The translations under genes were made by a program, and so were the position numbers. From an uncultured Candidatus Rokubacteria bacterium (GTDB lineage: Bacteria; Methylomirabilota; Methylomirabilia; Rokubacteriales; CSP1-6), in assembly GCA_963762145.1 (NCBI GenBank), contig CAVXJS010000021.1, positions 192,001 through 256,000 of the forward strand: a DNA stretch of 64,000 nucleotides, written 5' to 3'. Below, piece by piece: positions 40,356 to 51,897 of the stretch. The first letter of the stretch is position 1, and each line of letters opens with the position of its first letter. The notes under the pieces are model-generated. The model did no database searches and was not told the DNA's origin. It saw nothing but the letters and a program-made list of their open reading frames with translations.

Positions 40356-41740
40356 TCAAGAAGACGCGACAGCTCCCCATAGAGGGCACGCGCCAGCGTG
40401 CCCGTTTCCAAGAAGAAGAGGGGGCTGCCCAACCACCAACCCAGTCCGCCAACACGTTACAAACCCGCAAGGAGAACCGGATGAAGGACCTGAACCGTCC
40501 ACTCCCCGCGAGCATCCTGGTGACCGCCCTGCTCGCGGCCACGACCTGGGGCGTGCTCTAAGCCCCCGTGCGGTGTCGGTCTTCCTGCTGTTCCAGGGCA
40601 CGCTCCTGCTCCTCTACCTGGCCCGCATGCCCGCCCTCGTCAAGGGCGCCCTCACCGTCATCACCCTGGGTGGGTTGATGCCGTGGTCGGTACGGTCAAC
40701 GCGTACTACATGGAGATCGCCATCCAGGTCGGCATCTTCGTGGCGCTCGCGCTCGGGCCTCAACATCGTGGTGGGGCTGGCGGGCCTGCTCGACCTGGGC
40801 TACGTGGCCTTCTTCGCGGTGGGCGCCTATTCCTGGGCGATCTTCGGGTCGCCGCAGGCGAACCTGATCTTCGGCGGCGACTACTTCCCGCTGAACCCGT
40901 GGTGGTTCTTCGTGTTCCTGTTCGTCGGGGTCGGCGGTGGCCGCCGGCGCGGGCATCCTGCTCGGCCTGCCGGTGCTGCGCCTGCACGGCGACTACCTGG
41001 CCCTGGTGACGCTCGGCTTCGGCGAGGTGATCCGCGTGCTCGCCAACAATCTCGACAAGCCGATCAACCTCACCAACGGCCCCAAGGGCATCACCCCCAT
41101 CGGCCGGCCGCCCATCTTCTTCGCCGCGCCCCTCGAGGCGATCGGCATCGATCCCAACCCCAACGTGATCTACCCGCTCTACCTGTACGCGCTGGTGCTC
41201 CTCATCGTGGGCGCCACCGTGCTCGCGAATCGCCGCCTGGAGGACTCGCACATCGGGCGCGCGTGGGAGGCGATCCGCGAGGACCAGACCGCGGCCCAGG
41301 CGATGGGCGTTCCCCTCGTGCGCATGAAGCTGCTCGCCTTCGCCTGCGGCGCCTCCTTCGCGGGCACCGTCGGGGTGCTCTTCTCGGCCAAGCAGATCTT
41401 CATCAACCCCGAGTCCTTCACGTTCATGGAGTCCATCGGCGTGCTCGCCATGATCATCCTGGGCGGCATGGGCTCGATTCCCGGCGCGATCCTTGGCGCC
41501 GCGGTGGTGACCATCCTGAACCTGCAGGTGCTCAAGGGCCTCTCGCTCTGGCTCAACGAGCTGCGGAACGCGGGGACCGTCATCTTCGGCTACGATCTCG
41601 TCAACCTGCCGACCCAGCTCGAGCCGGCCAAGTACGAGCGGATGGTCTTCGGCCTCATCCTCGTGCTCATGATGATCTTCCGCCCCCAGGGCATCCTGCC
41701 CGCGAAGCGCCGGCACCGGGAGCTCGCCGAGAAGCCCTGA
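40352..41740 (+). CDS. livM: Branched-chain amino acid ABC transporter permease LivM (multiple frameshifts, anomalous 5' segment; may be a pseudogene)
   Basis: GLNIVVGLAGLLDLGYVAFF, LHGDYLALVTLGFGE, GRAWEAIRED, ILGGMGS, FRPQG spread over several frames. Confidence 0.8.
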
Positions 41741-42538
41741 TGCCTCTGCTCGAGGCCCGGGCGGTGAGCAAGCACTTCGGCGGGTTGACGGCGCTGAACA
41801 CGGTGGACTTCACGCTCGAGGAAGGTCACATCGCCTCGATCATCGGGCCCAACGGGGCGGGCAAGACCACCTTCTTCAACGTCTTCACCGGGATCTACGT
41901 GCCGGAGGAAGGCGTCGTGACCTTCCGGGGCACGCCGGTGCTGGGCCGGCGCCCCGACCAGATCACCGCGCTGGGCATCTGCCGCACCTTCCAGAACATC
42001 CGCCTCTTCCCCCGGATGACCGCCATCGAGAACGTGCTGGTGGGCATGCACAGCCGCGTCCCGCTGACCTTCTGGGACGTCGTCAGCCGGAACCAGCGCT
42101 GGCGGGACCAGGAGCGGCGGCAGTGGGAGCACGGCGCCGAGCTCCTCGAGGTGGCGGGGCTCCGGGACAAGGCCAACGAGCTCGCGCGCAATCTCCCCTA
42201 CGGTGACCAGCGGCGGCTCGAGCTGGCGCGCGCGCTCGCCTCCGATCCGGCGCTGCTGCTGCTCGACGAGCCCACCGCGGGCATGACCCAGGGCGAGGCC
42301 CGCAGTCTCATGGCGCTCCTGCGCCGGCTGGTGGAGCAGCGCAAGCTCACCTTGCTCCTCATCGAGCACAACATGCGGGTGGTGATGGAGGTCTCCGACC
42401 GCGTCACCGTGCTCGACTACGGCGAGAAGATCGCGGAGGGCCGGCCCGGCGACGTCCAGCGGGATCCTCGAGTGATCGAAGCGTACCTCGGGCGCCGGCG
42501 GTGGACTCCGGGCGCGAACGCGGCGAGCGGCGAGCGCC

Positions 42539-42546
<8 letters not shown>
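41740..42546 (+). CDS. livG: Branched-chain amino acid ABC transporter ATPase LivG
   Basis: FGGLTAL, GPNGAGKTT, RTFQNIRLF, LPYGDQRRLE, LLDEP, IEHNM. Confidence 0.93.
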
Positions 42547-43243
<697 letters not shown>

Positions 43244-43255
43244 GCGCCGGGAACG

Positions 43256-43729
43256 ATGGAGAGGAGCGACAGCATGAAGAGTGCGGGACTGACCTACGAG
43301 GAGCACGCGGTGGGAGCCGTGTACCGGACGCTCGGCCGCACCGTGTCGGAGGCCGACATCTGCGCGTTCGTCAACCTGTGCGGCTTCAACGAGCCGCTCT
43401 TCATGGACATGGAATTCGTCGCGAAGGAGTCGGTCTTCAAGGGCCGGGCCGCGCCGGGCGCGATGACCTTCTGCCTCTCGGAAGGCCTCATCATGCAGAC
43501 CGGGCTGATCCACGGCACCGGGATGTCATACCTCGGCAGCGAGATCCGCATCGTGGCGCCGGTGCTGGAGGGCGACACGCTTCGCGTGAGCGTCACGATC
43601 ACGGACAAGCGCGAGACCAAGAAGGCCGATCGCGGCATCGTGACCTACCGCCACGAGGTCACCAACCAGCGCGGAGAGGTCGTCCTGGAAGCGACCGTGA
43701 AGCGGATGATCAAGCGCAAGTCCGCCTGA
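43256..43729 (+). CDS. MaoC-family hot-dog dehydratase
   Basis: RTVSEADI, PLFMD, APVLEGDTL, RGIV, NQRGEVV. Confidence 0.85.
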   Translation: MERSDSMKSAGLTYEEHAVGAVYRTLGRTVSEADICAFVNLCGFNEPLFMDMEFVAKESVFKGRAAPGAMTFCLSEGLIMQTGLIHGTGMSYLGSEIRIVAPVLEGDTLRVSVTITDKRETKKADRGIVTYRHEVTNQRGEVVLEATVKRMIKRKSA

Positions 43730-44703
43730 TGCGGATCCTCGGCCGCGAGGTGCTGGAGGCGGTGCTCTCTCCCGCCGACGTGATCGCGGCCGTGGAGCGT
43801 GCCTTCCGCGAGGCCGCCGCGGGCCGAGCCGCCGCCCTCCCGCGCGCGGTGCTGCCGATGGGCCGGCACGGGGTGTTCCTGGCCATGGTCTCGGCCCTCC
43901 CCCGCGTGGGCGCTCTCGGCACCAAGCTGGTGACGGTCGTGGAGCGCAACCAGCGTCGGGGATTGCCTACCATCCACGCCACCTACCTGCTCACCGATCC
44001 GGAGACCGGCGCCCCTCTGGCCCTGATGGAGGCCGGCTTCCTCACCGCCATCCGCACCGGAGCGACGTCCGCCGTGGCCGCCCGCTACCTGGCCCGGCCC
44101 GACTCCCGCGTGGTGGCCTGCTTCGGCGCGGGGGTGCAGGCCCGCTTCCAGCTCCTCTGCCTGAGCCAGGTCCTGCCCCTGACCGAGGTGCGGGTGGTCG
44201 GCCGCAATCCGCAGCGGGCCGCGGCATTCGCGGAGCGCATGCGCGGCGAGCTGGGCATCGCGGTACGAGTCGCGGCCAGCCGAAAGGCCGCGGTGACCGG
44301 AGCGGACGTGATCACGTGCGCCACCACCGCCTCGAAGCCCGTCTTCTCGGGCCGCGATGTCGCCGCCGGCGCCCACGTGGACGGCGTCGGCACGTTCCGG
44401 CCCGCCACGCGCGAGATCGACACCCTGACCGTCAAGAGATCGCGGGTCGTGGTCGATACCTACGAAGGGGCCTGGGAGGAGGCGGGGGATCTGCTGATCC
44501 CGATCAAGGCCCGCGCCATCACCCGGCGTCACGTGCGGGCGGACCTGGCCGAGCTGGTGGCCGGAACCCGGCGGGGTCGGACCTCACCCGAGGAGATCAC
44601 CCTGTTCAAGTCGGTGGGATACGCCCCCGAGGATGCCGTGACCGCGCGGCTGGCCTATGACCGGGCGGTGGCGGCCGGACTGGGCATCGAGGTGGCGCTG
44701 TGA
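43729..44703 (+). CDS. Ornithine cyclodeaminase / mu-crystallin family protein
   Basis: GTKLV, LTAIRTGA, GAGVQA, ADVITCAT, TLFKSVG. Confidence 0.9.
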   Translation: MRILGREVLEAVLSPADVIAAVERAFREAAAGRAAALPRAVLPMGRHGVFLAMVSALPRVGALGTKLVTVVERNQRRGLPTIHATYLLTDPETGAPLALMEAGFLTAIRTGATSAVAARYLARPDSRVVACFGAGVQARFQLLCLSQVLPLTEVRVVGRNPQRAAAFAERMRGELGIAVRVAASRKAAVTGADVITCATTASKPVFSGRDVAAGAHVDGVGTFRPATREIDTLTVKRSRVVVDTYEGAWEEAGDLLIPIKARAITRRHVRADLAELVAGTRRGRTSPEEITLFKSVGYAPEDAVTARLAYDRAVAAGLGIEVAL

Positions 44704-44822
44704 TCCCAGCGGCCGGTCCGTCCCGGCCGGCCAGCCGCTGCTGAACGCAGCAAGGTAGGTCTCACCGAAAATACCCCGGCCCCCTATACTGGAAGTGGCC
44801 GACTTCTCTGGCCTTTACGACC

Positions 44823-46869
44823 ATGACTCCAGCATTCCGCCAGGCCACGATCGAGCGATGGCTGCCAGGCCTGACGGCGGTCCTGACCTTCCTCATCTTC
44901 CTCCCGACGATCGAGGCCGCGTTCGTCAACTGGGACGACGAGACCAGCTTCCTCACCAACACCGCATACCGTGGGCTCGGCTGGGCCCAGCTCCGATGGG
45001 CGCTCACCACCACTTTCCTGGGTCATTGGAGCCCCCTCGCCTGGATGACCTGGAGCCTCAACTACGTCACGGGCGGCCTCGATCCGTGGGGCTATCACCT
45101 CGGCAACCTCCTCCTGCATGCCGCCAGCGTGGCCGTGCTCTGGCTCGTCGCGCACCGGCTGCTCGGGTCGAGCGCGGGCACCTCGACCGCCCTCGCCGCC
45201 GCGGGCGCGACCATCGCGGCGCTGGTCTGGGGCCTGCACCCGCTGCGCGCCGAGGCGGTGGCCTGGGCCAGCGCCCGGCGAGACGTGCTGTGCGGGCTCT
45301 TCTACCTCCTGGCGGTCCTCGCGTATCTGCGGGGCGTCGCCTCCGGCGCGGCGATCGAGGGTCGGTACTGGGCGCTCTCGGTGGGCGCCTTCGCGGCCGC
45401 GCTCTCGTCGAAGACCATCGCGATGACGCTGCCGCTCACCCTGCTCCTGCTGGACCTGTATCCACTCCGCCGTCGCGGCCTCGGCTGGTGGATCCTCACC
45501 CGCGAGAAGCTGCCCTACGCGATGCTCGCCGCCGCCGCCGGCGTCGTGGCGTTCCTGGCCCGCCAGGAGAGCGGCAACATCACGGCCTACACGGAGTACG
45601 GCGCCGGAGCCCGCCTGGCCCTGGCCGCGTACACCCTGTGGTTCTCCTGGTGGACCTCTCTCTGGCCGGTCGGCCTGTCGCCGATGTACGAGCTGCCCCG
45701 GCGCGTCGATCTCGGCCAGGCTCGGTTCCTCTCACCGCTGGTGGCCGTGAGCGCATTCACCGCCACGCTCTGGCTGCTGCGGCGCCGGTGGCCCGCGGGG
45801 CTCGCCGCATGGGCCCAGTCGGTCATCGTGCTGGTGCCCATCAGCGGGGTGGTCCATTCGGGCTATCAGCTCACCGCCGACCGCTACAGCCATCTCGCAA
45901 GCCTCGGGTTGTCGCTCCTCGCCGGGGCCGGGACTCGTCTGGATCTTGCGGCGCGCCGCCGACCGGCCGGTCCGGCGCTGGTTGCATCCCCTCGCGTGGG
46001 CGTCGGCCGCGCTGCTGGTGGTGGCGATCGGGGCGACCGCCCGAGCGCAGACCATGATCTGGAAGGACTCCGAGACGCTCTGGCGCCGGGCCGTCGAGGT
46101 CGATCCGACCTGCTCCCTCTGCGAGAGCAATCTCGGCCGGGTGGTGGCTCGTCCGGGGCGCTTCGCGGAAGGCGAGGCGCACCTGCGCCGAGCCATCGCG
46201 CTGCGTCCGGATCGCCCGGGCCCGCACGAGAACATGGGCGCGATCATGCTCGCCCAGGGTCGCCACCCTGAAGCGGAGGAGCACTTCCGGCGCGCCGCGA
46301 CGCTCCAGCCCGACCGTGCGGCGTCCCGGAACGCCCTGGGCGTGGCGCTGGCCACGCAGGGACGCGACCGCGAGGCGGAGGCCGAGTTCCAGGAGGCGGC
46401 GCGCCTGTCGCCTCGGCTCGTGGACGCCCAGAGCAATCTCGGCGTGCTCTATGCGAGGCAGCGGCGCTTCGAGGAGGCGATCACCGCCCTCCGGCGCGCG
46501 CTTGCCCTCGATGGCGGGCGGGACGGGGTCAGGGTCGATCTCGGCCGAGCCCTCAGGAGCCGCGCCATCGAGCTCGCGCGGGAGGGCCGGCTCGACGAGG
46601 CCGCGAAGCGCTGGCAGGAGGCGGCGCCCCTCGCGGGTGAGGATCCCGACCTCCTTCGCGCCCTGGGCCAGGCGCTCGTCGAGCGAGGCAAGGGGGTCGA
46701 AGCCATTCCGGTTCTCGAGCGGGCGGTCGCGCTGGCTCCCCAGCGCGGCGCGGAGCGCCTCTGGCTGGCGCGCGCCTACCGGCTCGCCGGACGGATGCCA
46801 GAGGCCGACCGCGAGGCCGCCACCCTGCGCACCCTGGCGCCCGCGTACGCGGCCGAGCTCGGCCGATGA
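44823..46869 (+). CDS. TMTC-like GT-C membrane protein with C-terminal TPRs, paralog 3 (frameshift near 45932)
   Basis: NWDD, GYHLGNLLLH, HPLRAEAVAWASARRD, WPVGLSPMY, DRYSHL; WKDSETLW and TPRs in the 45946 frame. Confidence 0.8.
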
Positions 46870-48827
46870 CGCGCCTGCCGCGGGCGCTGCTCCCGACCCT
46901 CGTCTCCCTCCTTGCGTTCGCCGCGTTCCTGCCCGCCCTCGAGGGAGGGTTCCTGGACTGGGACGACGACCGGAACTTCCTGTGGAACACCGGATACCGC
47001 GGCCTCGGCCTGCGCGAGCTGCAGTGGATGTTCACCGCGACGTGGATGGGCCACTACATCCCGATCACGTGGCTGACCTTCGGACTCAACCATGCGCTCG
47101 GGGGGATGGATCCGTGGGGCTATCACCTGGGCAATCTCCTGCTCCACGCGGCGAACACGACCCTCTTCTTCTTCGTCGCGCGCCGGCTCCTGGCGGTCGC
47201 CCGGCCGGAAGCTGGGGTGGCCGTCCGCCTGGCGGCCGCCGCCGCCGCCCTGCTGTGGGCTCTTCACCCCCTCCGCGTGGAGTCGGTCGCGTGGATCACG
47301 GAGCGGCGAGATCTGCTCTGTGGCTTCTTCTACCTGATCGCGGTGCTCGCCTATCTGCGGGGGGCGACGCGCGAGCACACCCTCACCGGGCGCTGGCTCG
47401 TGGCATCGCTCGTCGCCTTCGCGGCGGCCCTCGGCTCGAAGGCGATCGCGATGACGCTCCCGCTGACCCTGCTCGTACTCGACGTCTATCCCCTCCGTCG
47501 CCTTCGACTCGGCTGGCCGGCCCTCGTCCGGGAGAAGCTGGGGCACTTCGCGCTCGCCGCCATCGGCGCGGGCGTGGCGAGCTGGGCGGTCACCCGGGGA
47601 GCCGGCTGGACGAGCTACGAGGCCTACGGGCTGGAGGCGCGGCTGGCGATGACCGGCTATAGCTTCTGGTTCTATCCCGCGAAGCTGATCTGGCCGGAAC
47701 GGCTCTCGCCCCTCTACGAGCTGCCCGCCCGCATCCGTCTGCTCGACGCCGAGTTCCTCTGGCCGGCCGTGGCCGTGCTCGTGGTCACCGCCGTCCTGCT
47801 GCTCGCGCGCCGCCGTGCCCCCGGCGCGCTCGCCGCCTGGCTTCACTCCCTCATCGTGCTGGCTCCGGTGAGCGGCATCGCGCACGCCGGCCACCAGCTG
47901 GCGCACGACCGCTATAGCTATCTCTCCGGTCTCGGGTTCGCGGTGCTCGCGGGAGCGGGCGTCGTGTGGCTCGGACAGCAGCGGGCGCGCGGGCAAGTGA
48001 GTCGCTGGGTGGTCGGAGCCACCGCCGCGGCGCTGGTGCTCGCGCTGACCGGACTGGGCGCGAGCACCTGGGTCCAGAGCCGCATCTGGCGCGATTCCGA
48101 GAGCCTCTGGCGATCGGCGGTCACGGCTCATCCCACGTGCGCGCTGTGCCGCCAGAAGCTCGGCGGCGTCCTGCAGACAGCGGGTCTCCACCGAGAGGCG
48201 GAGGCCGAGCTCACCCGCGCGACCGCGCTACGGCCGGAGCGGCCGACCGCGCACAACAGCCTCGGGGCTCTCTACGTGGACCAGGGCCAGCTCGGCCTAG
48301 CCGAGGCGGAGTTCCGCGAGGCCATCCGCCTGGCGCCGCAGTACGCCGAGGCCACCGCAAATCTGGGGGCCCTCTATGCGCGCCAGCGACGGCACGCCGA
48401 GGCGCTTCCGTTCCTGCGCCGCGCCGTCGCCCTCTCCCCGCAGTTCGGCAACGCGCGGGGCAACCTGGCGTTCGCCCTCGACAATGCGGGAGTCGAGCTC
48501 GCCCAGTCGGGCAAGCCCGCGGAAGCGGTCGGCCTGTTCAAGGAGGCGGCCGAGCTGGTGCCCGCGGAGGCCACCTTCTGGCGGAACCTCGGGCAGGCCC
48601 TGATCGAGGACGGGGAAATCGGCGAGGCCGTCGCGCCGCTCGAGCGCGCGGTGGCGCTCCGGCCCAAGGGCGCGACGGAGCGAGTCTGGCTCGCGCGAGT
48701 CTACCTGCTCGCAGACAGGCCGGCCGAAGCGCAGGCTCAGATCGACGTGCTCAGAACGCTGGACCCGGCGGCGGTGGGGACGGTCCTCCGCGCGGCCGGC
48801 GGGTCGGTCGAGGAGCCGCGCCGCTAG
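46866..48827 (+). CDS. TMTC-like GT-C membrane protein with C-terminal TPRs, paralog 4
   Basis: DWDD, GYHLGNLLLH, HPLRVESVAWITERRD, WPERLSPLY, DRYSYL, WRDSESLW, several TPRs. Confidence 0.82.
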   Translation: MTRLPRALLPTLVSLLAFAAFLPALEGGFLDWDDDRNFLWNTGYRGLGLRELQWMFTATWMGHYIPITWLTFGLNHALGGMDPWGYHLGNLLLHAANTTLFFFVARRLLAVARPEAGVAVRLAAAAAALLWALHPLRVESVAWITERRDLLCGFFYLIAVLAYLRGATREHTLTGRWLVASLVAFAAALGSKAIAMTLPLTLLVLDVYPLRRLRLGWPALVREKLGHFALAAIGAGVASWAVTRGAGWTSYEAYGLEARLAMTGYSFWFYPAKLIWPERLSPLYELPARIRLLDAEFLWPAVAVLVVTAVLLLARRRAPGALAAWLHSLIVLAPVSGIAHAGHQLAHDRYSYLSGLGFAVLAGAGVVWLGQQRARGQVSRWVVGATAAALVLALTGLGASTWVQSRIWRDSESLWRSAVTAHPTCALCRQKLGGVLQTAGLHREAEAELTRATALRPERPTAHNSLGALYVDQGQLGLAEAEFREAIRLAPQYAEATANLGALYARQRRHAEALPFLRRAVALSPQFGNARGNLAFALDNAGVELAQSGKPAEAVGLFKEAAELVPAEATFWRNLGQALIEDGEIGEAVAPLERAVALRPKGATERVWLARVYLLADRPAEAQAQIDVLRTLDPAAVGTVLRAAGGSVEEPRR

Positions 48828-48940
48828 GCTCCGCTCATGGTCCATTTCCTTCTTCCCGACACGGGTGCTGACGGATACTTGGGGAGGTTCTCGCTCTCCA
48901 CGCGGATGGAATTCACACCCGAACCCTCCGAGGTGATGTC

Positions 48941-50143
48941 TTGAGCGGAAGCGCCCGGACGGCCGACGCCGTCATCATCGGCGGCGGGGTGACGGGCGTC
49001 TCGATCGCGTTCCAGCTCGCAGGGGCGGGCCTCCGGCGAGTCGTCATCCTCGAGTGGAAGTTCCTCGGCTCGGGCGGGACGGGCCGATCCGTCGGCATCA
49101 TCCGTCAGCTCTATCCCACGCGCGAGACGAGCCAGATGGTGCTCCGCTCGCTCGCGGTCTTCGAGCGCTTCGGCGAGGCGGTGGGGGGCGAGGCGGGCTT
49201 CGTGCGCACCGGCGCTCTCATCGGAGTCTCCCCGTCCATGCGGCCCACGCTCGAGCGGACGCTGGCGCTGCAGAAGGGCATCGGCATCCAGGCCGAGATC
49301 GTGGAGCCCGCCGACGTGGCCCGCATCGAGCCCCGCATCGACACCTCGGAGCTCGGCGCGGTGCTGTGGGAGCCGGGCTCCGGCTACGGAGATCCCAGCG
49401 CGGTGACCGCCGGCTTCGCCGCCGCGGCGCGCCGACGCGGCGTCGCGATCGAGCAGGGCGTCGAGGTGATCGCGATTCGACGCCAGGGCGACCGGGTCGT
49501 CGGGGTGGACACCGCGACCGGCGACCGGATCGACGCGCCGGTCGTGATCAACGCGGCGGGGCTCTGGTCGCCCCGGGTCGCGCAGCTCGCCGGCGTGGCG
49601 CTGCCCATCGTGATCGGGCGTCATCCGGTCTTCACGGTGGCGCGGAATGCGGGATTCGGCCCCGCGCACACCGTGTACCTGGACCTGGCCGGGGGAAGCT
49701 ACGTGCGGCCCGAGACCGGCAACCTCACCTTGACCGGATCCCTCACCGATGACGAGACCCAGCACCCGATGGACCCGGATCTCCTCGGCAGCGAGGCCGG
49801 CTTCGACGAGGCCGCGGACGTCCTGGCCCGCACCGCCCGGGCCATCCCGGCGCTGACCGACGCGCGGTTCACCCGCGGCTACGCGGGAGCCTTCGACATC
49901 ACGCCGGACTGGATGCCGATTCTCGACGAGTCGCCGGTGCGCGGCTTCTGGATCGCGGCGGGCATGTCCGGCCACGGCTTCAAGCTGTCCCCGGCGGTGG
50001 GCGAGATGATGGCCGCCCTGGTCACGGGCGTCCCGTCGCCGGTGAGCCCCGCGCCGTTTCGGCTGGATCGCTTCGGCTCCCTCGACGCCGCGGGGTCCTC
50101 GGGCTTCGTCTCGTCCTACCTGGGAGCGGCCGGCCCGTCGTGA
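48941..50143 (+). CDS. FAD-dependent oxidoreductase (sarcosine oxidase beta / DAO family)
   Basis: IIGGGVTG, TGRSVG, INAAGLWS, TPDWMPIL, GMSGHGFKLSPAVG. Confidence 0.9.
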   Translation: MSGSARTADAVIIGGGVTGVSIAFQLAGAGLRRVVILEWKFLGSGGTGRSVGIIRQLYPTRETSQMVLRSLAVFERFGEAVGGEAGFVRTGALIGVSPSMRPTLERTLALQKGIGIQAEIVEPADVARIEPRIDTSELGAVLWEPGSGYGDPSAVTAGFAAAARRRGVAIEQGVEVIAIRRQGDRVVGVDTATGDRIDAPVVINAAGLWSPRVAQLAGVALPIVIGRHPVFTVARNAGFGPAHTVYLDLAGGSYVRPETGNLTLTGSLTDDETQHPMDPDLLGSEAGFDEAADVLARTARAIPALTDARFTRGYAGAFDITPDWMPILDESPVRGFWIAAGMSGHGFKLSPAVGEMMAALVTGVPSPVSPAPFRLDRFGSLDAAGSSGFVSSYLGAAGPS

Positions 50144-51882
50144 GTGACGTCACCCCGCGGGTGAAACGCCTGCTCCTCGGCCTGGCCGGCCTTCTCTGCA
50201 TCGCCGAGATCTGGATCTCCGGGCTCAACTTCGCGAACTACCAGATCTGGTACGGGGCCCACGGCTGGTTCCCGGGAGAGCTGGCCTTCCTCCTGCACTA
50301 CCTGCTCTTCGGCATCCCCGCCATCGTCCTCCTGACGTTCGCGATCCGGGAAACGGCCGGTCCCCGGATCCTGGATGCCATCGAGCGCCTCGATGGACTG
50401 AATCCTCGCGAGGTCCGCGCCATCGTCTTCGGCGCCTGCTCGGGCACGTTCTTTCTCACCACGCTGACCCGCCTCATGGTCCTGAAGGACGCGGCGGTCA
50501 GCGACGACGAGAACGCCTATCTCTTCATGGCCCAGATGTTCGCGTCCGGAAAGATCCTCGTGCCGGCCCCGCCGGATGCCCTCCGCGCGTTCTTCGAAAA
50601 CCAGTTCCTCGTCATCAACGCCGGGAAGATGTACGGGATCTACTTCCCGGGACATCCGGCCGCGCTCGCGATCGGGGAATCGCTCGGACTGCTCCACTGG
50701 GTGACCACGGTATCGGCCACCGTGACGGTGCTGCTGGCGTTCGCCATCGCGCGTCGCCTCTTCGGCCAGCGGACCGCGCTGCTGGCGCTGCCGATGCTCC
50801 TGGTCTCCCCGTACTTCGTGTTCTCGTCCGCCACGCTGCTCGCCCATTCGACGGTGGCGGTGCTTCTCCTGGCGTTCCTGTACGCGGTGCTGCGCGCCCA
50901 CGAGGACCCGCGCGCGATCCGCTGGTGGCTTCTCGCGGGAGCCGCGCTGGGCTGGGCCACCCTGACGCGGCCGTTCTCGGCGCCGGTCTTCGCGGCGCCC
51001 TGGCTGGGATGGCTCGCGCTGCGCTTGTGGACGGCGCGCTCTCCGCGGGCGCTCGTGGGAGCCGGCGCGGCTACCCTGACGGTGATCGGGGCCGGGCTGC
51101 TGCTCCTCGACTACCAGCACGCGCTTTCCGGCTCCCCGTTCGAGAGCGGCTACCAGACGTTCAGCCGCCTTCGGAACTGGGGCCTCGTCGGCCAGGCGGT
51201 CCGGGCTCCCGCGCCGCTTCCGTCGATCCACGAGCTCGGACACACGCTCGCCCGCTTCAACTTCTGGCTCTTCGGATGGCCGGTCTCGCTGGTGCTCGCG
51301 GCCTTCTTCCATCGCGTTCCGGGCGGGCTGCGGCTGTTCGCGAGCTGCGCCGGAGTGCTACTCCTCTATGCCGGCATCTCGGCGGCCAGCATCAGCAGCG
51401 CCGGCCCCGCCCACTACGCCGAGCTCGCCGCGCCGCTGGTGCTCCTGTCCGCCAGCGGCTTCCTGCGGCTCACCGAGCTGAGCCGCCGACCCGGAGCTCC
51501 CGCGGGCGCGCCCGCGTTCGTGGCCTCGTTCCCGCTCGTCGCCTCGCTCTGTGCGCTGATCACCTTCCTGCCGGTCTACGCCGGCTCCCTGCGGGCCAGC
51601 GCCGATCTGGTGAACGCCCCCTACGATCTCGTGGAGATCGAGGTGCCGGCGCCGGAGCGAGCCGTCGTCTTCGTCCACAGCCTCCCGGGCACCGCGCTGC
51701 CTCCCTACACCTGGGCCTACTACCGCCGGAACAATCGCCCGGACCTGAGCGATCGCGTTCTCCTCGTCAATTTCCTGGACGCGGATCGGAACCGCGCGCT
51801 CATGCAGGCCCTGCCGGAGCGCGTGCCCTACGTGATGGGGATGGACGGGGCGCGCCTGGTGCTGAAGCGCGTCACGCCCTGA
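50140..51882 (+). CDS. GT-C fold (ArnT/PMT-like) membrane glycosyltransferase
   Basis: SDDENAYLF in first loop, YFPGHP, many TM helices, LLAH, TRP motif, soluble C-terminal domain. Confidence 0.72.
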   Translation: MSDVTPRVKRLLLGLAGLLCIAEIWISGLNFANYQIWYGAHGWFPGELAFLLHYLLFGIPAIVLLTFAIRETAGPRILDAIERLDGLNPREVRAIVFGACSGTFFLTTLTRLMVLKDAAVSDDENAYLFMAQMFASGKILVPAPPDALRAFFENQFLVINAGKMYGIYFPGHPAALAIGESLGLLHWVTTVSATVTVLLAFAIARRLFGQRTALLALPMLLVSPYFVFSSATLLAHSTVAVLLLAFLYAVLRAHEDPRAIRWWLLAGAALGWATLTRPFSAPVFAAPWLGWLALRLWTARSPRALVGAGAATLTVIGAGLLLLDYQHALSGSPFESGYQTFSRLRNWGLVGQAVRAPAPLPSIHELGHTLARFNFWLFGWPVSLVLAAFFHRVPGGLRLFASCAGVLLLYAGISAASISSAGPAHYAELAAPLVLLSASGFLRLTELSRRPGAPAGAPAFVASFPLVASLCALITFLPVYAGSLRASADLVNAPYDLVEIEVPAPERAVVFVHSLPGTALPPYTWAYYRRNNRPDLSDRVLLVNFLDADRNRALMQALPERVPYVMGMDGARLVLKRVTP

Positions 51883-51897
51883 CCGGGCCGGCGGGCG

